Below, one piece after another: positions 26,901 to 38,896 of a stretch of 64,000 nt of DNA (the first letter of the stretch is position 1; the number at the start of each line of letters is the position of its first letter). Under the pieces are notes generated by a model. That model did not search any database. It was not told where the DNA came from and worked only from the letters and a program-made list of their open reading frames with translations. Source of the DNA: Cycas panzhihuaensis (Eukaryota; Plantae; Cycadophyta); NCBI GenBank assembly GCA_023213395.1, contig CM041465.1, positions 194,191,741 through 194,255,740 of the forward strand, read 5' to 3'. The translations under genes were made by a program, and so were the position numbers.

Positions 26901-29217
26901 GCCATATTTCATTAGTATCATTTCTAGTCACAGTAAGTAAATTTACATCAGAAGGGGATTTTATGGGTCCTTTATCAGGCAACATAGGAGTGGAGAGAAG
27001 CTTATAAAGCATATTACATTTTTCTTCTTTGGCTATTATAGCACTATTCTTTTTCATGTCAGGAATGTAACAATGGTTATTTTCATCAAATACTATTCTC
27101 AACTTTTTTCACTCAACTAAGACACTGATAGAAGGTTTTTCTTCATCCCTAGTACAAAGAAAACATTGCCTATACATTGAAATTTTCCATCAATTTTTAT
27201 GGCAATTTGACCTATTCCTTTTATATGCAAAGGAAAATTATCTTCTAATTCTACAGATTTGTTAAGATCATATAGTTTAATGATTTCAAACCATTCTTTA
27301 ATTCCTGTCATGTGATGTAAGGCTCTTGAATTAACATACTAATTTTCTATTGCATTGGAACTTGCTGCTAATGCTATTATGAAGGTCGTTTCAACCTCTT
27401 CTTCTATTAAGGCTCATTCTTTGGTATAATTTCCAACCACTTACTTCCCCTTTTGAATTCCAGCCCATCCATGGTGACATTGGTATGGAAAGTGACTTAT
27501 TTGTTTGCAATAGTAGCAAACATCAAAGGCTTTGTATCTTCTTAAAAAATGGCCTAGTCTACTACAATTAAAATAAAATCTGGCATCATGTGGTGGATTG
27601 ACGATCATTCTTCCTTGCCCCCTTCCTTCAATCCAATGACCTATGTAGCTAGTTGTTGCTCTTCCTTATATTCTAGGATTATATTATCCTCATCCTCGAG
27701 CCCCTAAGTGGAGTTTGGTAACAAGTGCTTCTTCAACTTCTGTGACTTCTTCATATATCTAATTCCTTTGCTCTTGACTAAGAATATGACTTATAAGAAT
27801 ATTAAAGGTCATCATAGCGACTTGCCCTCCTCCTTTCAACATGTTTATCATGTTATCAAATGACATTGATAATTTGTTTAGTATAAGATGTATTAATTTA
27901 GTATTGTTTATTTTGTCTCTAACTATGAGAAGAGTGGTTTTGACATTGGTCAATTTGGCTATGAAGTCAAATATAGTTTGGCCTTCTTTTATTCTAAGCT
28001 TATAGGGTTCCTCTCTAAGGGCAACAATTCTAGCTTCATTTTTTTGACTAAACATGGAGGATATTGTTTTCCAAATTTTATAAGTACTCTCAACACCATC
28101 CACATAGACTAGCAGAGAATCAAAGATTGAAAGTTTAAGTACAAATACAGTAGTGTTGTTTCTTTCTTCCTAATTCAAAAAAGTAACTATATTAAAGGGC
28201 ATTTTTCATCACCAGTGATGATTTTCTAAGCATGCTCAGCTCTCAAGAGATCTTCTATTTTGATTTTCCAAATATTAAAATTTATTTCATTTAATTTGTC
28301 ACCCTCAAGCAATGATCCAGCAGAGGATTCCATGATTAATCTCAAAATTTAATTTCTGAGAGGAGAAATAGGGTTGTATGGTTGTACAATTTTTTATACA
28401 AAACTTAAAGTATACAGATGGAAAAAAATAAAGGTGTGAATTGATAGATATTGAAAATGGGTGTCTAAATCTAGTGTTATTTTTTCAAAACTCTCTCTAA
28501 TCTGAGAGAAATGACACAAACAAAGTGTGAATCTGTGCCCTTAGGTTTTTAGAGAAATTAATGAAAAAACCATTAAAACTAAGAAAAATCTCAATAAAAT
28601 ACAACTCAAACTCTTCAATTTATAATGAGAGAGGGATTAGGTACTTAATACTTAGGATTCAAGCTAGATTTTTGAGAAATTTTGAAGAGGAAAACCTCCA
28701 AACTTGCACGCCTATAAAACTGGCCAAATGTCCTTCAAAACAACTTTAAATGGTGTCGGTCCTCAAGACAAAAATGTCAAGGAGACTCCAATCTATAATC
28801 TAGGTAAGTTTCATGAGATCCTAATGGCTTTGATATTTTGACATCCATACAATTTTATACTATGCTTGTGCTTTGTTCTGTACACAAATGACAAAACTTG
28901 TATGAGACTTGTGCTTGATGAATGTCTTTATTCTCTTCAACTGGCTTAGCCTAATGCCTCTCTTGGTTTCCAGAGACCTAATTCTCTCATAGGCAAGGGG
29001 GTCTCAACAACTTGCTCTAATACCATGTCAAACGGGATTCTCCATTATATCTTTATTGATCATTTACATGTCTATAAATACAATTTAAAGTGTACGAGAT
29101 AAATGGAAACTGCTTAATGAGATTATACCACTTGTCATTCTAAAGATAAAAGGAGGAAATGATATATGACCCTTACAAGATACTTTAGATATCCTAGATA
29201 AAACATTACCTTTTACA
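23952..29217 (-). mobile_element. Full-length decayed Ty1/Copia element with short LTRs (Ale/Ivana-like)
   Basis: LTRs at 23952-24160 and 29026-29217. PBS GCTCTAATACCA at 29014-29025; PPT CTCCCTCTTAA at 24161-24171. Domain order on minus is gag-PR-IN-RT-RH. Confidence 0.95.
24180..28333 (-). pseudogene. gag-pol: Copia gag-pol pseudogene (many stops and frameshifts)
   Basis: Start MESSAGSLLEGDKLN. IN: TTPYTPQLNRVAERMNR. RT: KWVYKVK..KYKTRLVAKGYTQ, KLKKVLYGLKQ, VYVYDMLITG. RNase H: DNQSTI..HARTKHIEVHHYFIR. Confidence 0.93.
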
Positions 29218-29649
29218 CACAAGAGGGAGATTGATAAACGAGCTACTCACAGGTTCTTTCTCTTATTTCTAGGGTGATCAGGAATTATTTTGATGGTGGA
29301 CTAGCTCAAGGAGATCAGTAAGAGTAGCATGGAGTAGGGAGCTAGATATCTAGTAAGTTGAGATACTTATTTTTTTTATTTTTAGATTTTTATTTAAAAA
29401 ACGTGATAATATAATATGAAACATGTGGGCACTATACTAAAAACATGAGAATATAATGAAAAACATGATAATACAACTAAAAATGTAATTTTATAATTCA
29501 AGGTAATCAAAGGAAATCACATTTTTTATGATGAAATTATATTTTTTAATGTGAGATTATATTTTTGGTCATGTTACTACATTTTTGAATTTCCTTAGAA
29601 AGAAACTTTAAAAAATTAAAATTTTAAATCATGAAAATAAGCAATTGAT

Positions 29650-31395
29650 AGGACTCTTTCGATGTGATGTAGCCTCTAAAGAGAATAGATACCCAAGAGA
29701 ATGAAGGATTAGCCATTGGAGAGATAGTTAGCTAGCTAAATGAGGTAGGATAGGCCACTTTGAGGGCTTGTGGGCTTTCTCAAGCAAGCGGGTTAACTCA
29801 AATAATGATGGAGCACAAGATACTGCATGACTTCATTAGCTATTAGATTCCACGATGCAACATATTTAGGGTATAAGTGATAGAGGAGATATAGATCACT
29901 CCAAGAGATATAAGGAAGATTATAGGAGTCATTTGGCATGGAGAGAGGGTGAGACTAAGTAGGGTGATGGACATTAAGTCTCAGGCTACTTATAGTCGAT
30001 ACCTTATAGGTTTTGTAGATTAGATGAGCCTTCAAGGTGTATCTGTAGAGGCTATATGGATAGCAAAAAGTGTTCCTATAGTGCATAGGATCATAGCTTT
30101 AATTATTATATATAAGATAGTTAGAACTCAAATTTTCATAGGGGTTCCAGCTCAGTAGACAAGAGTTGTGAGGAGGTGTGAGTATGGGATTGAGATAAAC
30201 TGGGGCAATATATAGTGGATAGATGTGCCTTCAATTATCGAGGATTATGAGGTTAGGGAGAGGGGGGTTTTCTTATAACTCCATCTTGATGTACTAATTA
30301 TATAACTATATTCCTTTGATGAGGCTAGGAGGAGTACTAGGAGAGCTGACTGCCATGTATTCAGGGATGAACAGGTGGCATATGAGAGCTAGGATCCATA
30401 ACAGGCTAGCCATCATAGCCAAGAGTATACATAGTCCTCTACTAAGTAGGATGACTAGGAGATAACTAGTAGAGGATGCATATGCAGGATGGGCGATATG
30501 GAGTGATGATAAGATAGATGTTATAGAGAGAGGAGCAGTAGGAGAGGCTCTTATTATTAGTAGGGGAAGAGGGAGAGGGAGAAGAGGGAGAGATGGTGGC
30601 TGAGAGGGAGGTCGAGATAGAAGAAGAGATTCATTGACTAGTAGAGGAGGAGGAGGGAGTTGGCAAATGCTCAAGAGAGTAGGTGGAGTACTTGGTAGAG
30701 ATAAAGGAGGCTCCATACAGATCATGAAGCTCAGTTCAATAGATGAGAAGGGCAGAGGAGGGAGTAGGGTCAAAGAGGGAGAGCCTACCCAAGGAGCTCC
30801 CTAAGAACCACAGAGAGAGGGAGTGCCAAAGGTACAGGAGGAGATAATAGCAAAGCTAGTAGAAGGATGTGAGCCATCAGGTATGATAGTTGATTGATTT
30901 CTCTCATATTAAATTATGTTTTCTTTTTTATTTTCTTTCTAGTAGACTGGTCATGGCTTATATGTTTTCATTAGATAGATGATAAGATCATGACTATTAG
31001 GGAGGTGAAGAGGATACTAGGGTTGATATTCCCCTATATTCTCTTATCGAAAGAGATGCCAACATGGAACATAGTAGATCGTACCCTACTAGATCATCAC
31101 ATTGGTTTCTTCAGCTATGTACTTCGAGCTCAAGATATGTACATGGATACGAGAGTAGAGCTAAGAGTGTGGGAGTTAGAGATTAAAGTAGTCAAGGATG
31201 AGAGAAATCATCTTCATAACATGGCATTAGCACAAGTGGAAGAACGCATTACTCCATCAAGGAGTACTATAGTGTAGTAGGGATGACACCTTCCAACCTT
31301 GTACAGTGTCTACATATGGACAGGCTTCAAGAAGAGGGGAGAGGGCAGATCCAAGAGTTCAGGAGGGATCTCATCAGGACTCATATAGATGAATA
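29650..31395 (+). pseudogene. Plant Mobile Domain (aminotransferase-like, MAIN/MAIL-type) extra gene of the Gypsy element, antisense to gag-pol, disrupted
   Basis: Manual translation from 29759: LRACGLSQASGLTQIMMEHKILHDFISY*IPRCNIFRV*VIEEI*ITPRDIRKIIGVIWHGERV, resembling the PMD motif L..LVERW.PET.TF.LP.GE.TITLEDV..ILGLP..G..V. INWG follows later. An E/R-rich tract, a likely intron (CAG|GTATGA at 30881 to TTTTCATTAG ~30973) and ORF 30990-31277 come after. Confidence 0.6.
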
Positions 31396-31401
31396 AATTT
31401 T

Positions 31402-31665
31402 ATATGTATAGGGAGATAGGAAGGAGATGATGGGTATTTTGTAAGCCTCAACTATGTATCATGATTCATATGAGTGATAAATATACCATATTTTTGTTGT
31501 ATATATTTGTGTGTGTGTGTGTGTGTGTATGTGTGTGTATATATATAGGGATATAGGAGGGAGATGAGGGGTATTTTATGAGCCTCAACTATGTATCATG
31601 AGTCATATGAGTGACAAATGTACCATGTTTTTGTTGTATATATATCTATATATATATATATATAG
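31402..31665. repeat. ~105-bp direct repeat (31402-31506, 31541-31645) separated and followed by (TG)n/(TA)n microsatellite
   Basis: Read directly from the sequence. Confidence 0.85.
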
Positions 31666-33373
31666 TTGATTATCTTCTCTTAAAAACTTATATATAATGA
31701 ATGATTATCTCTAAGCTCTTTTCCCCCTGATTTCCCTTTTATAAATAGAACATGATATACATTCATTGATGTGATAATCCATGAAAATATAAAGTAATTT
31801 TTTTCTTTTTTTTATCCTTTTTATGGTTTTATATTTCTTTTCTTTTTTTTTTACTTAGAATATACATAGTAGTTTATACTCATTCTTAAGTGAGGTGGTT
31901 CTGAAAAGGAAAAAATTATAAGGAGAAGTGAAGGATAAAAAATAAATGAAAGATAAAAGGAAGCAAATGAAAGGTTTACTTATCCTATTCTTATAAATAT
32001 AAAATCATCTGAAACAAACAGTAATAGGTTTATAAAAGTAGAGGATGGAATAATAAAATCCTTTCAAAAGAAAATCTCATATAATTCATATCATACTTTT
32101 GATAAATTATATGAACATAGAATAAAATCCACATCTATATAATGTACTATAAAGAAAACATATTATTTACTAAATAAAAAATTAATCTCACTTAATAAAC
32201 AAATAGTCTTCTAAGTATATTGAATTCCTCATTGGTTGTTTCTAAGGATAAGAAGTTTTTAGGATCTTGATCCCTGCCAAGATCCTCCATGGCTCAAAAT
32301 TCTCACATGGGTCTATCTCTTTTCAACAGTTCATTCTAGTCTTAAACCTATAAACTGACCTCCATACCACTTACAACTTTATCTTAAAAAACTAATAGTT
32401 TATGCTCTTTACAGAGTAGTAGTTTATACTCATTTTGAGTGCCCCCAGCTAAAAAGAAGAAAATCAATTAAGATAATCATCCAAGATGTAAGAGACAAGA
32501 GCATCAACTTCAGTATTAAGGGAATAAGGGATATATTGGATGGTAACCAAAGAAAATAATGATAATAATGATGAAACTTAATGGTAAAGGAGAAAGAGTC
32601 ATGAAAAATAGACTTAATATATCCTAACTAACTAGTATACTACAATCTAAGAATCAGAATAAATAGTGATAAGCCCAAGATAAGAGTGGAAATTTTAGAT
32701 AAGGCTCCTATAATGGCAAAATATTTAGCTTCATTATTTGTTACTCTAAGTATAAACAGGCCAATAGAGAGGAGAAGATTTCTCGATTGGTCACCCAAGC
32801 AGAAACAGGCGATCTTAGGTTACCTCTACTACCTTCATCAATGAAAATACTCAATGGCATGAGAAAAGTATGACTAGTATTTGGAGACAATATGATCAAT
32901 AAATGAGGGTGTAGGAATTAATCAATAAGGAGATGATAGTGAATTAGATTAGTTTTGAATGTATTAAAGAAATAGATAAATCATAATTGAGATGATTTTG
33001 ATCAACAAAAACTAAAATTATCAAGCAAGGTTTGACCATAATTAAGGCCATATTAGATCCAACTAGTTAGACCGAAAATCATGAATGACTCATCCAAATG
33101 AACTTGAACTATTGGATAAATAGGTAGGGATGAAGTCATCATATAACTTGCCTCAGATTACAAGAGGATGGTAAGAATATACTCTCTTTTTTGCTTTTTC
33201 ATTTTTCTTTTTGACTTTTTTTTCACTTTTCACCCCATCTTTTTTTAATATTTATAAAACCAAAGCTATAATCATCCAATTGTGAAGTTCTTTTACTCAA
33301 CATAATAAGGATCTAGCCTTTTTAATGGAACCCAAGATGAAAGAAATATTAGAAAATATAATAGCAAGATAAT

Positions 33374-33539
33374 GCTCTGATACCAAATGATGGAAAAAAT
33401 ATGAAGCCAAAGTGCTCTGATACCAAATGTTAGAAATAATGATAACAATAAATGCCTCCAAGGGTTGAACCTTAGGCTCTGATACCAAATGAAGGAAAAT
33501 ATGCTTGCAAACTATGAGCCAAACTAAGCTCTGATACCA
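33374..33539 (-). repeat. Array of four perfect tRNA-iMet PBS 12-mers inside the 3' LTR (33374, 33414, 33476, 33528)
   Basis: GCTCTGATACCA x4, separated by 28/50/40-bp spacers, each copy followed on plus by AA-TG. Confidence 0.95.
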
Positions 33540-35779
33540 AATGATGGAAAATATACTAGCAAGGAGAACAGGTCAGAACATATATCAAATAACTATAAAC
33601 CAATATTGAATCAATACATCAGTGTATCACCATTACAATAGCATAACCACATGAAAGCCTTGTTGTTCAATCCATTGTAGTAGAATGAGCATTACAAATC
33701 TCCTCAAAAGTAGGCGGTGTCTAAAGACACCAGGGTTGTACACCCCTTACCATTTATAGTTTAGGGGAGGAGAGAAACTCCTCAACCCCTGAATTCAAAT
33801 TAATAATAAAATAATACAACTTAACTCAAATGAAACTAACTCAACTTACCTTAACTTACCTTGACATGTTGAGCATCACATGTCTAAATTGAAATGCACA
33901 ATCCTGGTAGGTAAGAGGGAGTTGAGTGATGACATTACACCCAACATTCTCCCCCTTAATGTCAGCACGAACACTTGTATCTTTTCCTTGAATTTGTGAA
34001 ACTGGTACTTGAAAAGGACTTTGAAATTCTGATCTTGATCTTTATCAACTCTTCTCACCCTTGTAGTTACATATATCTCTTTATTATAGAATGATGTAGG
34101 AAGACTATAGGTAGATGAAACTTGAAGCAAATGTAGATGAATAGTTGTAATTTAGACTTTGTCAACTAGAACATTAGGAAGGCTTTGGACTTGAACTTTT
34201 GTACTCTTTATGCTTTGAGCAGTTGTTATATCATCAGGTTCATTCTTCATTATGTCATAAGATTCATCTTCATGCTCCCCCTCAAATGGATGACCAAATC
34301 CTTGTGCAACAAGGTGGTCCTGCATTTGTTCTAAATCCTCATGGTTGTTATCGTCACGATCTGTCATGCTCACACCGTCTCACATGCTCATCAAAAGTTT
34401 CATCAAATACAGTGGGGATATCTCCCCCATAAATAGAAATCAATAAATCCCAAACAGACTTAGATGTTGTCAATTCAGAAACCAGTGAAAAGACATCATC
34501 AGTCATAGTGCAAAATAATAAACCTAACACTTCATTATCTTTTCTAAAATTTTCTTTAATGCTAAGGTCACATTCATGTTGTAAATACTTTAAAAGATCA
34601 TGTTCAATAAAATAAGTTTACATGGTGTCATACCAGAGTGAAAAGTTATGACCATCAAAAATGGAGAATTGTGCCATTTTGAAAGTAATGTAATCAATAA
34701 GAAAATAATGATGTGTTTAAAAGCAAACTTAAAGAAACTTTTTCACTTAGCAAAACTTGAAATAAACTTTTGAGAATAAATAGTTTTCAAAAAATGCCAA
34801 TTTCTCAAATGAGTAAATGTAAATCTTCAATGTAAGAAAAAACTTTCCCTTTTTGTATAAAAATAACTTTTCTTTGAAAAAATATATATATTGCCTTATA
34901 AATAAATGCTGGTTCAAAACAATTTAAAAATTCTTGTAGAAAGATCAAGCAGAAACTTAAAGTAAATAATGAAATATGAACTAGAATTTTCTTTAAAATT
35001 TTGAAAGAAGACAAGTTTATTAAGATGTATGTATATGCTCAACTTTAACAGCTTAAAAACTATATTGAATAATGTAAGAATAGCTTAAAATTTTACCAAT
35101 ATGTAGATTGATGAGGTGTGAATCCAATGAAATAAGCAGTTTTAAAAATGGGTACCAATAAATCACATTTTGAATGAGGCAAAGGAATGGACCTCCTTAT
35201 GGAGCCTAACAGGAGTAGGGTAGGCAAAATTTGCATAAAATGACTAATTAACCTTTAGAAAAAGTTGAACAAAGGATCAAATATTATTTATGAAGTAATC
35301 AATGTTCTTCCAATTGAAAATTTTTGAAAAATATATTAAAAGGAGGTATAACAAACAGTAGATTTTGGGCAATAAGATACCTCAACTTTGACTGATTTGA
35401 AATATAAGAAAAAGGTCTCAAAATATATAGAAAAATATGTCAAAATTAAGAGAAATAAGTCAGCTTCCCAACGAAGCTAACGGAATTGAAATCTGATAAA
35501 AAGTGCAAAAGTTATAGTGAAAAATGTAACAAGTGTCTTTATGGAGAATGTTAAAAAATAGGCAAAAACCAACTAAATTCCTTATTTCAGCGATTAAAAT
35601 ATTAGTGAAGATGAACTCAAAATTTGAAGTAAAAAGTGGGTATTAGAGTCTATACAACGTAGATCACTATAGAGAAAATTTGGGCACAAAACAATTTACC
35701 AGAAATAAATGACAGCCAGTTCTAAAACGATTTTGTTAAAAATGTAAAAATTGCTAAAATTTTGAAAGTCCAATGTTAA

Positions 35780-37250
35780 AATGGTCGAAACAAGGTCAAA
35801 TTGGCACCAAATTGGTCTTATGACGAGTCGAAATCGGTGTACGAAAAATTTCTGATCTATTGGCGTAGGTTTCGTCTAAAACCGATGAGCCAGAGAGAAG
35901 TTATGACCACAAAAGTGCCAATAACTCTATGGAAAAATAAAATTTTAAAAAAATAAAGTTTAAAATTGAAAAACACTTCTTAAAACCGGGTCTGAAGAGG
36001 GATTGAGCTGGGATTGAACCCAAGATCAGTCGGAGACTAAACACCTCCGATGCCAGGAGGGTGAACTCGCTCGTCGAGTTAAAAGGACAAAAATTTAAAA
36101 GGTATTGAAACTGCAACAATAAGGTGCTGAAAAGTGACAAATAATAAATGCCAAATAAAACAATGACGGAAAGTGCGCCGATGATAATCAAAGGCCACAA
36201 TAAATCGCAAATATATACGCAGAAAAGCAAATTCAATATCAAAGTAGAATGCACGCCGATGATAATAAAAAGCAGTAATAAATCGCAAATACACAGAGAG
36301 ACGCAAATCCAATACGGAATGCAATAAATGATAGACGCAAATCGCAAATATATAATGACGTGGACAAAGTTGTAATAAAGAGAATGCAGAACGGCACAAT
36401 CAAATGAATATATATAGAAACGCACAGATAATCAAATGCAGCAGATTAGAACGAATCAATCCAGATCGAAAAAGGCAAATATAAAGATACAATAATGATC
36501 AAACGCTGAACCGTCGAAACGGTAGCTGGCTGGGCGCCAATATAAGTCGGCCTCAGAGTAAACAATATATATATATAAACACTATATATAAAAAATAATA
36601 AAACTTGCGTATGGCCCAATATAAAAAAGGCAATAAAACCGCCACGCAGAGGGCGAGGCGAGACGCGAGCACGCGGAACAAAACCGCATATGGCACAACG
36701 CCCAACGGACCCCGCAGACCAAGGAGATGGCGCAGTGCAATGCCCAACGGACCCCGCAGACCAAGGAGATGGCGAATAAACAATGAAGGGCGATTTAAAT
36801 CAATGCAACGGAAGTGAAATGCAGCAGCTCTGAGGTGATACAGCGCACGGAAGTGAGACGCAGAGGCGTACAGTGTTGGGCGAGACGGGCACGGAATACG
36901 CAACGGGCCTGAAGACGGCGCTGAAACGGGCCGAGACGGAGTGCACAGAGGCCGAGACGGGACGCAATGGGCCAACGGAAACGGGCCGAGATGGAGAGCG
37001 GCTGCATAATGTCGGCAGTGATGGCGGCGAGCAGGCGGAATGTCGGCATTGATGGCGTAAACACGAGAATGTGCGGAACACAGAGTGATGCTTAACGAGA
37101 GGAGGTATAAAGCACAAGCCAATAACAACGGAGGATGCACAGACAATATCAACACAAATAATGAATAATATAACGACAGAGCTAATGTATGAAAACTGGA
37201 CAACGCAGAGATGCAAATAAGAGATGCAGGGGTGCAGTGCTTAAATGCAG
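35780..37250. other. CpG-rich island with short internal repeats inside the non-autonomous element
   Basis: Dense CG dinucleotides compared with the rest of the window. CCCAACGGACCCCGCAGACCAAGGAGATGGCG x2 (~36701, ~36743), plus GCCGAGACGG and CGCAAAT repeats. Confidence 0.85.
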
Positions 37251-37399
37251 ACACAAATGGCTCAGATTTATTGTATGAAATAGTTTGTAAACAAATGATT
37301 TTATGTCTAGTAAAAATGAATAGTAAACAAATGAATACTTATCAAACATAGCAGGATTAATACAAATGCAGGAAAATAATGCAGAAAAATTTGAACTTA

Positions 37400-37501
37400 T
37401 GCAGGATTAATATGGCTAAGAGATACCATAATCACATGCTGAAGAAAAGGCTTTCCCCTGATGTCGATACTCACAATATTCTTATTAGAGGGTTTTGTAT
37501 G
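37400..37501 (+). pseudogene. Captured single pentatricopeptide-repeat (PPR) fragment
   Basis: CRINMAKRYHNHMLKKRLSPDVDTHNILIRGFC matches the P-class PPR consensus (A...F..M...G..PDV.TYN.LI.GFC). Confidence 0.75.
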
Positions 37502-38691
37502 TCTTTTAATACCAAGGTTCTAGACCTTGATCGAACCTTGATCAACCTATTGATATTGAGACTTGGTTTCTTTTACTGACAAGGTGTTACCATTCTAAAA
37601 CTGGTGTTTGCTAAATAATAGAGCTCTTATAATGCACATGAGCCTGGCTGCAGAAGCTTGGATGGACAAGCACATATATTTGTACAAGAAAAGTATGAGA
37701 ACAATGTTGAGTTTTTCTTATTGAAAATGAATAGTATTCATACAATTTGTATACCATAAAAATATATTTCAAACATATGTTGAGCTTTTTGCATATGAGG
37801 CAATGATTGCTTAATTTTGTAACGAAGAATATTTCAAAAATATATATATATTTGTGCACAAAGCATGAAAAAAATGTTGAACCTCTTTTTGTTGATTAAA
37901 AAAAAAATACAAATGAACCAGAAAATTTTAAATATTGTGACAGAAATAAGTCAAGCAAATGACATGCATATATATGTATTCTGAAATATTTTTCAAATAA
38001 GTTGCAGATATATTGAAAAAGTATGTTTAAAGATGAAAGAAAATATGAAGAACCTGGTACACGTAGCTGTAGCTGACTGGATCTTGTGTATATCTTCTTC
38101 AAAAAGCTGAATATGCCTCAAATACTGTAGATCTGATAAACAGTCTTAAAAATATAGTCAGAAATATAATGAAAAAATGTAGATCTGAGCTAAATATAGC
38201 ATAAAATGCTGAAAAACCTTGATACAATAGGCAAATTTATAATAAAAATAGGCAGATCTGAAGTAACAAGTTGCAGATCTCTGAAAAAACTTGATAACTT
38301 TTGTATGCAACTGATGCTCTTTTGCAAATCTACAAAAAATATCAAATAAGTAGACAAATAAAACTTGTAAGCTGTCAAAATATATGATGAATCTGTAGAT
38401 CTGAAGAGAAAATAACTTGAATATGAGAGTAAAAACTTGAATGTATATAACTTGCTGCTGAAAATCCTTTGTAGATCTGCACAAATCTGAAAATAGATCT
38501 CAGTAATATTTGTTGAACCAGAAATATAGCTCAATAATAATCAAAATCTGCTGAAATAATATATGAAACTTGCTAAAAATTTTCAGAAAATAAATCTAGT
38601 TAATATATATTGCTTATAAAAAAAATCTGTTGTAGAGTGCCAGTAGATCTTAGTGCTCTTCTTCAAAGCTTCAGTAGGTCAGCAATCGCCT

Positions 38692-38896
38692 GCTCTGATA
38701 CCATATTAGAAAATATAATAGCAAGATAATGCTCTGATACCAAATGATGGAAAAAATATGGAGCCAAAGTGCTCTGATACCAAATGTTAGAAATAATGAT
38801 AACAATAAATGCCTCCAAGGGTTGAACTTTGAGCTCTGATACCAAATGAAGGAAAATATGCTTGCAAACTATGAGCCAAACTAAGCTCTGATACCA
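38692..38896 (-). repeat. Array of five perfect tRNA-iMet PBS 12-mers at the 5' LTR (38692, 38731, 38771, 38833, 38885)
   Basis: GCTCTGATACCA x5. Confidence 0.95.

Noticed and set aside
30306-30773. 155-aa Pro/Leu/Ser-rich minus ORF
   Set aside because: It is the shadow of the GA-rich plus-strand tract of the PMD-like gene.
33374-33539. CRISPR-like repeat-spacer array
   Set aside because: The repeat is only the 12-14 bp tRNA-iMet PBS, spacer lengths are irregular and partly self-derived, there are no cas genes, and the context is a plant retroelement.
33876-34432. env-like or other ORF before the PPT
   Set aside because: Short acidic fragments only. The GGGGGAG motifs resemble Copia 3' regions, but no protein can be supported.
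35901-37254. Overlapping 60-233 aa ORFs in the GC-rich block
   Set aside because: They are open in several frames on both strands because of composition and repeats, with no recognisable domain.
38692-38703. tRNA-Met gene
   Set aside because: Only the 12 nt complementary to the tRNA 3' end, including CCA; no cloverleaf.
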